A stretch of DNA of 64,000 nt from Saprolegnia diclina VS20 (Eukaryota), in NCBI RefSeq assembly GCF_000281045.1, contig NW_008246111.1:428569-492568 (forward strand), written 5' to 3'. The translations under genes were made by a program, and so were the position numbers. The notes under the pieces were generated by a model, which was not told the origin of the DNA, ran no database searches, and saw only the letters and a program-made list of their open reading frames with translations. Below are positions 12,847 through 23,200 of the stretch, in pieces. The first letter of the stretch is position 1. Each line of letters opens with the position of its first letter.

Positions 12847-13665
12847 TTACGCACGGCGGATGCACGCGGTTCCGCCAATGTCGTCGACGAACGGTTTCTT
12901 GCTCGTGTCGGCAATGTACTTGTAGTTGCAGACGCCTTTGTCGCTGTCCCAGTGCTGCACCCAGTACACGGCGTTGCACTTCTTGCCGCCCTCGCTAAAG
13001 TTTGCGCATGCGGCGAGGCACTTGTCAAAGCTCGTCGTCGACTTGCCTACGTCGTTATTCCAGTAGTCGTGGTTGCCCCAGCACTGCCACTTGTCGTTGT
13101 CGAACTTTGCCGCACTCTTGCACGATCGGCTGAGCTTGTACGAGTCGGCGTTCTGGAGCACAGTGCACTTCTCGCCATCCCAGTTGGCAAACTGCTTGCC
13201 GCGCTTGTTAGCTTCAATGATGCAAGCATCGTACGACGTGATGCCGTTCGCCGCCGTGTCGCCATCGCCGTCCATCTTGTTGTAGCACACGGCATCGGTT
13301 TGGAGCCAGTTGAGCGGGACTGCGACGTCCTCCGGAGGCGCCGTCGTCGGTGTTGCGGTGCCAGGGACGCACTGCGAGTACCAGTCGTTCCAGACCTTGC
13401 ACTCGTTGCCGGGCGTGCAGAGTGTGTCGCCCGTATGAGACTTCCCGCCGCATTGGCCCCAGAGGCCGACTCGGCCGCTGCCACCGGGCTGGCACTGCGA
13501 ATACCACTCGTTGTAGAAATTGCAGACGGAGCCGCTGGCGCACGTCGTGTCGCCGTTGTGGTTTTTGCCGCCGCATTGGCCCCAGACGTCAACGACCTTG
13601 GTCTCGGCTTCAAGCGTGTTCGCGACAACGGCGGACGCAAGAGAGAGGATCAGAGCCGTCTTCAT
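12847..13665 (-). CDS. Secreted 2xCBM1 + PAN/Apple-like protein, paralogue 5
   Basis: MKTALILSLASAVVA signal, two CBM1, NHDYWNNDV..CLAAC..CNAVYW..CNYK. Confidence 0.9.
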   Translation of the reverse strand: MKTALILSLASAVVANTLEAETKVVDVWGQCGGKNHNGDTTCASGSVCNFYNEWYSQCQPGGSGRVGLWGQCGGKSHTGDTLCTPGNECKVWNDWYSQCVPGTATPTTAPPEDVAVPLNWLQTDAVCYNKMDGDGDTAANGITSYDACIIEANKRGKQFANWDGEKCTVLQNADSYKLSRSCKSAAKFDNDKWQCWGNHDYWNNDVGKSTTSFDKCLAACANFSEGGKKCNAVYWVQHWDSDKGVCNYKYIADTSKKPFVDDIGGTACIRRA

Positions 13666-14371
13666 GGTCGTGGGCGAGACAAGAGAAATTGAAAAGTGAA
13701 GCAAACCGAAGCGGCTTGAGACTAGAAGACGCGTCAGCTGGAAGGTTTGGTGTGACCGAAAAGATTCGCTTGCTGACCTTTGTTTTCGAACAACTTCAAT
13801 GTTTTTCGAACGGCTTTTTTCGAATGCTAAAGGCGCCGCCTTGGAACAAGCGCCTCTCGCCGTTCGAGAAGCCATTGGCGGCGGCGCGGTCCGTCGTCTG
13901 GGCGCTCACCGCAGCATCCCAGAGCATCACAGAACACCATTGTCCATACTATTTCCACGCAAACGAGTTGTCCATTCCGTTGTGCCGCACGAGCTCACCG
14001 CGCCAGCTCAGCCAGACCAAACAGCAATACCGTATCCAGATAGGTACGGTCAGCAACTGAGTCTCCCTTTGCACTTTTCTGCAGTGCTGCCACGTCATCT
14101 GTGGGGACAAACGATTACGATTTCGGTTAGCGTGGTGGAGCTGAATTGCGGTCAAGTAATGATAGCGGCTGTCCGCTCATGTGCCCATCGAATACTGGCG
14201 ATCGTAAACGAGCCAATCACATGCGCCGCCGCACTTCAAGCACACCCGGATTTTGCGCAGGCTGGGCACAGGAGCAGCAGTGCAGAATGTGTCTACGGTA
14301 TGCGTGTGGTCAGCAGCTGATAGCACCGAGCGCCACGCCAGGTGGCGCTTCACATTGCAATTTGCTGCAGC

Positions 14372-15196
14372 ATGAAGATCGCTAGTACCGTCGTTTTGCT
14401 CACAGCGTCGGCGTCGGCCATCCACGTCCGGAGCGCGTCAACCGCTCAAGTAAGCGTCTGGGGCCAGTGCGGCGGCAAAAACCACAACGGCGACACGACG
14501 TGCGCCAGCGGCAGCTACTGCAAGGTCATCAACGAGTGGTACTCGCAGTGCCAGCCCGGCGGCAACGGCCAAGTCGGCGTCTGGGCCCAATGCGGCGGAA
14601 ACGACTACAAGGGCGCCACCCAGTGTACGCCCGGCAACACGTGCAAGACCTGGAACGCCGACTACTCGCAGTGCGTGCCGAGCAACAATGACGACAAGAA
14701 GGACGACACTGGCGCTGCGTTGCCCGCGGGCTGGCTCGAGCTTGCGGGTCTCAAGTGGACGCTTTTGGACAACGACCTGGCGACGACGGGCGACAAGAGC
14801 TTCGCCGACTGCGTCCAGTCGGGCACCAAGCCCGCCAAGGACGGCACGACGCGTTTCTTCGCGGTCTGGGACTCGACCAAGAAGGTCTGCAACGTCGCGT
14901 CGACGGTGTACACGTACGAGATGGCGCCGGGCTTTACGAGCGCCGTCAAGTACAACGCCGACAAGTACGTCTGCGTGGCCAACGCCGACTACGCCAACGA
15001 CGAAGTCAACACGTTCCAAACTCGCTTCAACCGGTGCTTGGACTCGTGCGACAACCTCGGCGACGGCTGCAACGGCGTCACGTACGTGCGCGAGGCCTCG
15101 TCCGGCTACGGCAAGTGCTCCATCAAGCTTCGGAAGGACACGTCGGCGTCGCCCAAGACGACGAGCAACGGTAGTATCGCCTGCAAGCGTAAGTAA
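14372..15196 (+). CDS. Secreted 2xCBM1 + PAN/Apple-like protein, paralogue 6
   Basis: [16 protein letters not shown] signal, two CBM1, divergent C-terminal half with [24 protein letters not shown]. Confidence 0.88.
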   Translation: MKIASTVVLLTASASAIHVRSASTAQVSVWGQCGGKNHNGDTTCASGSYCKVINEWYSQCQPGGNGQVGVWAQCGGNDYKGATQCTPGNTCKTWNADYSQCVPSNNDDKKDDTGAALPAGWLELAGLKWTLLDNDLATTGDKSFADCVQSGTKPAKDGTTRFFAVWDSTKKVCNVASTVYTYEMAPGFTSAVKYNADKYVCVANADYANDEVNTFQTRFNRCLDSCDNLGDGCNGVTYVREASSGYGKCSIKLRKDTSASPKTTSNGSIACKRK

Positions 15197-15379
15197 ATCT
15201 CAACTTGGCGGTTATGTCTGTCGTTCGAGTATACAACTGTGTCTCAGGGTGTCATCCGTCTGTGCGATGGCTCGAAATGCAAAGCCATGCAGCAGGACTC
15301 GTGGCCGCGGGGCTCGATCGGAGCAGTTAGTTGTCCTTGGACGCAACACGAAGAAATTAGCAGTCGAAGATGGTCATTG

Positions 15380-16177
15380 TTACTTGGTTTGGAGACGCTT
15401 GCATGCAAAGCCGCCGACCCAGCTCGACGACGGGGGGCGGTTGGCGTCCGGGAACCACTTGAGCGTGCACCGGCCCTTCGCTGCCTTGGTGTCGAGCACG
15501 TACGAGAAGGCGTTGCAGGGCGTGCTGTCGCCCTTGGGCGGCTTGTACGCGTCGCACTGGGCCTCGCACTCGACAAACGACGTCGCGCGCACGTGCGTCT
15601 TGAGGTCGGTACCGGGAAAGTCCGAGTTGCCCGAGCAGACCCACTTGTGCAAGTCGTACTTGGCGCCGCCCTTGCAGTTGTAGTCGACGTAGTAGTTGGT
15701 CGTCGCATTGAAGACTGTGCACTCCTTGGACGAGACCTTCCAGTTGGCATAGTGGCCACGACGCTTGGCCGCAGCCGCGACGCACGCCTCAAACGTGAGG
15801 ATCTTTGGGATCGGCGACCCGGGCGACGGCGACGTGAAGCAAACGCCCTCGCTCTCGGCCCAGTCGAGCGGCGCGGTGACGTCCGGAAGGCACTGCGCGT
15901 ACCACTCGCTGAAGCGCGTGCAGGTCGTGCCGGGCGTGCACACGCCGGACCCGAGGTAGAACTTGCCGCCGCACTGCCCAAACTCGGCAACCTCGGTGGA
16001 CTCGTCGCGGGGCTGGCACTGCGACACGATCTCGTTGAGGCGGATGCAGTGGTGCCCCGGCACACACGTCGAGTCGCCAACAAAGTCGACGCCGCCGCAT
16101 TGGCCCCAGGCGTCTACGTAGGCGGCGCCGGCCGTCGTCGCAATGGCCGCGACGAGCGAAGTCAGAAGGAGCTGCAT
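15380..16177 (-). CDS. Secreted 2xCBM1 + PAN/Apple-like protein, paralogue 7 (most divergent)
   Basis: MQLLLTSLVAAIATTAGA signal, WGQCGG and FGQCGG CBM1 motifs, NSDFPGTDL..CEAQC..CNAFSY..CTLK. Confidence 0.88.
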   Translation of the reverse strand: MQLLLTSLVAAIATTAGAAYVDAWGQCGGVDFVGDSTCVPGHHCIRLNEIVSQCQPRDESTEVAEFGQCGGKFYLGSGVCTPGTTCTRFSEWYAQCLPDVTAPLDWAESEGVCFTSPSPGSPIPKILTFEACVAAAAKRRGHYANWKVSSKECTVFNATTNYYVDYNCKGGAKYDLHKWVCSGNSDFPGTDLKTHVRATSFVECEAQCDAYKPPKGDSTPCNAFSYVLDTKAAKGRCTLKWFPDANRPPSSSWVGGFACKRLQTK

Positions 16178-17304
16178 GGCGACGTGGGCGCAAGTGTACG
16201 AGTGAAGCACTGCGGGTCGACGGATGAAAAGTAGCCGCGCAGCTGAGCCACTTCAACTTCGATTTGGCAACTTCGACGCAGTTGCGAGCTGGGTGATGAC
16301 CCAGCGCCGCTCGTCGTGATGCGCCCGCGGTGGAGACTAGATGCGATGGTACTTGGTCGGGGTATGCCTCGTATCGTCGGCGCCTTGTAGAGTACACAGA
16401 GGTAGGTGGGTACTCCCGACCAAGCATGGCGAGGATCGGGACCAGGATCGGCGATGTGGAGTTGTGTGCAAGTAGCCTTACAATGCGCGAGATTCAACTG
16501 GAATCTTGCACGTGGGGCGATGGGGCGCGATAAGTCGCTTTGCGCGATGTCGACCCCGGCGTCGCAGAGTATCAACGCGTTGCGTGTCAGTAGCCTTCTC
16601 GTGGTCGGTGCTTTGAAACGCTGGTGTCGACGTCTCGCTGCGCTTTGGTAAGCTCGTGTGGTGACAGTAGAGCTGATCGATTTCGAGGTATACCAGCCTC
16701 AACAAAATGCTTGTTCGACGCATCCTCGACTGCACCCGCTAATATCCGAGCCACCATCGCAGTACTGGAGTACCGGTAGGACGAAGATGCGCGCGCCCTT
16801 CTCTCGTCTGGTATACTCAGCGGCAAACGAACGTTGGGAGGCCTGACGAGGCTCAGACAGGCGGGATCGCACCAACTACGACCGTTTAGTTCGAGGTCGC
16901 GTCGCATTCCTGTGGCCCACGGAGCTCAATGGCCAGGAAGCGCCGCGTCTTCAACGTCGGAGCGGACGCAGCAGATGGTTTCCGCGGAGCGTTCGTAGCC
17001 GGTTACAAGGTTCGATCAACCGATGAGCCGTTTATCCGGTTTCAACCGTACTGGAGTGTCCCCGTTCTTGTCGACTGCATTTGCCAACGGACTCGATTCG
17101 GCGTTTCTTTGTACGACTGGAGCTTGCATCGTTGAGTGAAAAACAAAACTGCAGATCAAAAGTGCTATTCTGTGGACTTGATGTTATGCACTTGATACAA
17201 ATCCATTCCAAGGAGGCCTCTTGCGTCTTGTGGTACTGGTGTCATGCTGTCGTAAGAAAAGAAGTATCAAGAAACTATCAACCTATTATGTCATTATTGC
17301 AATC

Positions 17305-17982
17305 TTATTCCTTCCAAAACTGAAGTTTGGACCACAGCGTGGACCAAAAGCCCGGTGGCGTCATGCTGCACTCGATCGTCGCAAAGACGTCTTCTTTGGG
17401 GAGCATGCCGTCGACCTTGCAGAGCGTTGCGACAGAGGCGAACGCGCCGACGACAGCGCCGCAGTTGTCGTGGAACTTTGCCAACCGGTTCTTGATCGTG
17501 CTTTCCGTGTCATCCGACCGCTGGACGACCTCGACGCCCGGCGGCGGCGGGTTGAACGTAATGTGGTACGTCTTGCCCGTCGCGAGGTCCACGCGGCGGC
17601 CAGAGATGCGTTTGATGACCTCTTCATCCGGCACATCGAGGAGGATCACGAGGCTGGGCACGATGTGGTGGGCGAGCATGGCCTCGGCCTGCGCTTGCGT
17701 GCGTGGAAACCCGTCCAGGAGCCAGCCGCGCTGCTTGCAATCGTCTTCTTCGAGGCGCGCGAGGACGACCTGAATGATGAGCGCGTCCGGGACGAGATCG
17801 CCGGCGTCCATGTAGGCTTGCGCTTCCTTGCCGAGCGGCGAGCCCGCTTGGATGGCGGCGCGGAGCATATCGCCGGTCGAGAGGTGTACGAGGTTGAACT
17901 TGGCGACGAGGAGCTCACACTGAGTTCCTTTGCCGCCGGCGGGCGGGCCGCAGATGACGAGCTTGGGGGATGTTGAACGCAT
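17305..17982 (-). CDS. adk: Adenylate kinase
   Basis: GPPAGGKGTQ P-loop, HLSTGDMLR, WLLDGFPRT, ISGRR LID entry and QRSDD. Start codon uncertain. Confidence 0.93.
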   Translation of the reverse strand: MRSTSPKLVICGPPAGGKGTQCELLVAKFNLVHLSTGDMLRAAIQAGSPLGKEAQAYMDAGDLVPDALIIQVVLARLEEDDCKQRGWLLDGFPRTQAQAEAMLAHHIVPSLVILLDVPDEEVIKRISGRRVDLATGKTYHITFNPPPPGVEVVQRSDDTESTIKNRLAKFHDNCGAVVGAFASVATLCKVDGMLPKEDVFATIECSMTPPGFWSTLWSKLQFWKE

Positions 17983-18502
17983 AGCAGAGTGTGCTGGAGA
18001 TGGCAAATCCAAATATGAGCCCGGCATGTACAATCGAAGCTGATATCGAAGTCTGATGATGTGACATGTGCCAACAGAGACATGTGATTTGATCACCGTG
18101 GCCTTCACGCTGTTTCATTGGCTTGACGATGTATTCGAACTTCGATCCTTGGGCAACCTGGCAGGTCAATGAAATTTGATGAGCATGCCAACGGGTCCGC
18201 AGAAGCAGGGCTCGCGAGCAGGTGCCAACAACCGCCCGTGCGCGAGCGTTCCCAGCGACGTCGAACGACCTTGCGTAATCACGCTGAAGTGCGCCATCGA
18301 CCCCACGGCGTCACCCGGGGCGTATCGATCCGCGCATTACGACAGTCGTGTCAACAGCAAGGACACGGTGCCCGAGCCTTTTCTATACTGCGGAGCGGAA
18401 GACGCGCCAACGAGGTATACGAAATGAGGTTATGCGTGTCAACACACAACATCGGGCCAAGCCACTGGATTGTTACGCGGCGACAGACTCGCATTCTGGT
18501 TC

Positions 18503-19656
18503 TTAGAGGGTGCCATACATGCTAATGTTGGCGTTTTTGCCACCGCTCGCATCCATGTGCGCGTGCTCTGGCGCGCCGTAGCGTCTACTCGACCGCGTCA
18601 GAGATACTTTCGACGCGACAGCCAGACGTACCGGACGTAGCAGCGCAAGAGAACAAGGCCGGCGATCAGGGCCACGAGAAGCCAGGCACCAATGTGCGCC
18701 TAAAGCGCCATCAGCAAGGTGCAACACAATGCAATGCGCGTACGACAAGCTGGATGACGTCGAGGTAGTCGGCGTCGACCGGCGAGAGGCCGGTTTCGTG
18801 CTTGGCAGCCAGCCTGTACGTGGCAGAACTTGAGCCATCATCGACTTCGAATTCAGTGTCGTACCAAGCCAACGTCCAGATACCAACAGCGCCGAAAGCG
18901 ATATCGCCTGCGCGACTTTAGGAACAGAGGACGCAGAAGCTTTTCGTACCATTGTAGGCCAAGGCAGTGACGTGAGCCGCCAAGAGCACGGCCAAGCACA
19001 CCATGTACACGGCGAGGTTGAGGTCGTAGCCGAGTCCGCGGAGGGACACCGTCACATTGATAAGCGTCGCACCGCACGTCCAGCTAGAACACAGACATTG
19101 TGATGCGCACTCGAACGCGTACTCGAGGATGTGCATACCTGAAGTAGAGCGTGAACGGGAGGCGGAGGCAGATGTAGTCCGAGAGCGACGAGCACTCGTA
19201 AGCCGTGCGACGAGGCCAGATCGCCAGACCGTCAAAGAGCGTCGGCAGCTGTACAAGCGAGGCTGTCGTGAGGTAGAGCGCACCAGTGATCGCCCACAGC
19301 ACGAGAATGACGGGCAGCGACCACACAATGGCGCCGCTTGCAAACACTTCGAGCCAGAGCATGTTGAAGACGCACGATGCGATGAAAAGACCGTAGACGC
19401 GCTTGGCGTGGGCTGGCAAGAGCGAGAGCGACGGGAAGATGCACTCGCGGCTTACAAAGAGGAAGAGCGTGAGGTAGATGAGGCCCCAGATCGAGAACGC
19501 GGTCTTGGCCGGCGTGAGCAGCGAGCGGTGGGCGGCGACGACTTCACGCATGGCGCCCGTGCGCACCGAGTTGCGCCAGAGGCAGGAAATGAAGGCCAGC
19601 GCCATCGTGAGGCGCAGCAGCAGCAGCGGCTTGGTGTGGAGCTGGGCGACGTGCAT
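18503..19656 (-). CDS. Multi-pass membrane protein (TPAxxAFSIWGLIY family, loosely TspO/tryptophan-rich sensory protein-like), paralogue A; multi-exon
   Basis: LLLLRLTMALAFISCLWRN, LLTPAKTAFSIWGLIYL, RECIFP, DYICLRLPFTLY(FSW); several hydrophobic segments; clearly similar to 26877-27984. Confidence 0.7.
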
Positions 19657-20245
19657 AGCTCGGGGACGTCGAACAAGATACAAANNNNNNNNNNNNNNNN
19701 NNNNNNNNNNNNNNNNNNNNNNNNNNNNNNNNNNNNNNNNNNNNNNNNNNNNNNNNNNNNNNNNNNNNNNNNNNNNNNNNNNNNNNNNNNNNNNNNNNNN
19801 NNNNNNNNNNNNNNNNNNNNNNNNNNNNNNNNNNNNNNNNNNNNNNNNNNNNGGGCAAAGATACGAATATTTCACCGCCCGCGACGCGCCTCTTGGCGTC
19901 AAGGAGGTCCGCTCGCTCCAGTCAATGTACCAGTCAGCAGGTGCAGAAACACCGGTATACCTCAGAGGAAATGCAGCCAAACCGAAGGGTTGTCGTTGCT
20001 GAGGCTATGCTATGGTACGCGGCTGCCGCACGCGGTCACTTCCCACAGCATCGCACACATCGCCAGCTCGAATACACGGGTAGAGATGACGTTGCCATCA
20101 CTTTACTTGTAGACGTGATCTCCAACGGCACGACGCGCGGGCGTTTCAAAATGCACAAAACTGTCGTTCAACTATCGCACGCGGCGTCGAAACTCAAGTC
20201 GCCAAGGGACGGGTCACACAGAAAAAGGGGTATATATATGCATTG

Positions 20246-23200
20246 TTACACGGACGCCGACAACACAATAGCGTTCGCAGAGATTGTCGAAGCGTCGGCG
20301 TTGAGAGCCGCGTTCCATTGGTGCACTCGGCGCAGACCCACGAAACCGATGACTAGGCATCCAGCATGAGACCCACAACCATATCATGCAAACGTACAGG
20401 CGCTGATGGCGGCGACACCGAGGCCAACATGAAGGTTGTAGCGGTGGTGCATCGCAGGCGTCATTGTCTCGTTGCTGCTGTCGACGGCCAACGCGTACTT
20501 GGCCACCGGTGCGTCGGCCGCGGCCGGTGTAGCATCAGCACCGTCCACCGCCTGGACCGTGAGCGATCTAGGCGCCATCATATTTAGATCAAGGGCGCTG
20601 GAGTACACACGTACCGAAGACGCTCGAGGCCACCGGCGGCCGACGCCGACGTAGCAAACGCCTGGACACGCGATGTGTCTTTCCAGAACGCAACGAGCGC
20701 GGCGGCCCCGTCTGCCGTCGCGACGCCGAAACGAAGAATCGCGCTGCTGGCGCCCACGGGGTTGGTGGTGTCGGTCGTCGGCGTCCGCGCGTAGAGCTCG
20801 GCGACGATGCTTGCATCTATCCTCATGGGAATGAAACCGTGAGTTGGTTCATGGTATCGGGTACCGGCGAGATGCAACGCCAGTAACGAAGTGAGGGCAT
20901 CCACAAGCACATCGCTCCAAAGCGACGGCGCGTAGCCTTCGACTTGGAGTGTCACGACCGCACCCTAAGGAGCATTCCTCAGCAATAGGCTCACTACTTT
21001 GTCCGTACGTAGGTTGGCGCCGTCGTCGCGATGCAGACACCAGTGGTGGACTGTTTCTTGTAGCCGGCAGGGCAAGCAACGCACGTCGACGTGCCTAGAG
21101 CAAAGTTGCGCGGCTGGTCGGCCGATGGGTGAACAAACCATTCACACACGTCGAGTCGGCGCCGCACTTGCAGGCGATGCACTGCGTTGCACGACCTATG
21201 TACGGCATGAGTCTCGGAGGCGTGGAGGAGAGGTACCTGTCGAGTAGAACCCGTCACCGCACAAGAGGCAGTCGTCGGCACGGACCGAGCCCGGGGGCAT
21301 CGCAAAGCCTACGGGAACAATGCAGAGTTAGCTCAAGTTGAGTTCACGGGTCGTACCAGTATCGCACTGCCCAATCTCGCACGAAGCGTTGCCGCCGCGG
21401 GAGAAGGACCCGCTTGGACAGAGAGTGCACTGTTGGATGGGCACATCGGCACCCTACCACGGCCGCGTGAGGCACTGGTTGAGCGACCCGCGAGCGGCAA
21501 CCTCGGGGGAACTCGTTCCGGGTGGGCACTTTGTGGCGACACACTGATGGAATTGGCCCGCCGAGAAGGATCTATGACGATGAGAGTTGAGTTTGCAGTT
21601 GAGAGAGGTTGATACCCCGCGGGACACAGTGTGCACGTGGCTGCGGCGTCCGTGGCGCCAACGGCCGACGAGCCATAGCCCGACGCACAAGTCATGGGCT
21701 TGCACACCGCGTCGGCGCCTGTGCCACCGGTGCTGTAGTACCCCGGTGCACATGACTGGCAGGTAGCAGTTCCTTGTGGCGCGCCCGATCTACACAAATG
21801 GTTGTTCGTGTTCAGTATAGCGTTGGAGCGTACCCTGCCGCGCAGGTGACGGGGGTGCATGGCGCGGCTTGGCCGAGGCTAAAGTACCCCGGGTCACACA
21901 GCACGCACTGGTCTTGGGCGCTTGATGCACCGGCGGGCGCGCCAAAGCCCACCGGGCACACCACCAAGCCCGTGCACGTCTGATCGATGGTGAAGTTGCC
22001 TTGGACGCAAATTTTGCAGTTGGCTAGCGGGTCCGTTGCACCGGCGGGCGCAGCATAGCCCGGAGCACATTGCGTAGGGGTGCAGCGAAGCGTGCCGCCC
22101 GGGCTGTACGTTCTACACCACACACAATAAGTGCCTTTCTCGAGTTATACACGCGTGTACCCCGGCGCACAGGTGACGCAGAAGTCCTCTGGGTGGTCCA
22201 CGTTGCTGGGAGAGGCCGTGCCCTAACGTCAGAGCCATAGTGAGTACACTTGCGCTCAAGCGCACAATCTGCACCGGTGGGCACTGAGTGGGCTTGCACT
22301 GGTCGACGCCGCCCCGCCCGTAGGCGCCCGCAGGGCATGCGCGGCACGTCGAGGCAGGGTCGCTCGCGCCGACGCGGGCGGACGCTGCTCCGTGGGGACA
22401 TTGCGCCGGCTCACACTACCAAGTCGACATAAAGCGCTGCTGCAAGGCATATGCGCGTACAGAATGGGCGCCACCGAGACCAAAGTACCCGGGAGGGCAC
22501 TTGACGCACGTCGCATTGGTATCGCTAGCGTGCAGAGCTGTGGACGAGGCGCCCGGTGCACACGTCATGGGCTTGCACACTTGGGCGCCGCCTTTGGAGT
22601 AGTAGCCGGCGGTACACGCCTTGCAGCTTGTGGCATTGGCCATCGCTAGCATGCGTCGATGTGGGTACTTCGATGAACCAATCACGTACTTGGCACGGGC
22701 TCGTGACCTTCGGCGCAAGCTGTCGGGTGGCACTGGTCCGACGCTCCCGAGCTGAACGTTCCCAGCGGGCATGGCGCGCACTGCGCTTGGACGTCGGCGG
22801 CCCCCATTGGCGATGCCGAGCCTATGTCCTGCGTCAGGCATCACTCCCCACGCGCGTTTGTACCAGGAGCGCACGTGGTATTTGCACAGGGCATTTGTTC
22901 GCCGGCGCTGAATTGGCCTGCAGACAGTGTATGTTTACTCTGTGCAATCCAGTGTTTAGGAGCGCACCCGCGGGGCACAGTGTGCAGCTTTCGAGCGAGT
23001 CCTTGGCTCCGAGAGGAAAAAACATCCCTGGCGGACACACGGCTTGCTTGCACTGATCGCCGTTGCCGGCGCTGTAGTAACCCTCGGCACAAGGCTTGCA
23101 ATGCCCCTTCTCGAGCTCCGACCCCGTGACCGCCGACTCGGACCCGACAGCGCACGACGTCGGGGTACACGCATGGTCGTCGCCAATGCTAAACGTGCCG

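Noticed and set aside
6748..16234. Long antisense and alternate-frame ORFs over the CBM1 genes (e.g. 6748-7668 +, 10141-11091 -, 11283-12383 +)
   Set aside because: Shadows of GC3-rich coding sequence; Arg/Ala/Val-rich with no motifs.
16300..17200. Possible small spliced gene between P7 and adenylate kinase
   Set aside because: A few GT/AG-like signals, but I could not build a coherent reading frame or find a motif.
19057..20112. 351-aa + strand ORF across the first gap
   Set aside because: Antisense to membrane paralogue A and inflated by Ns.
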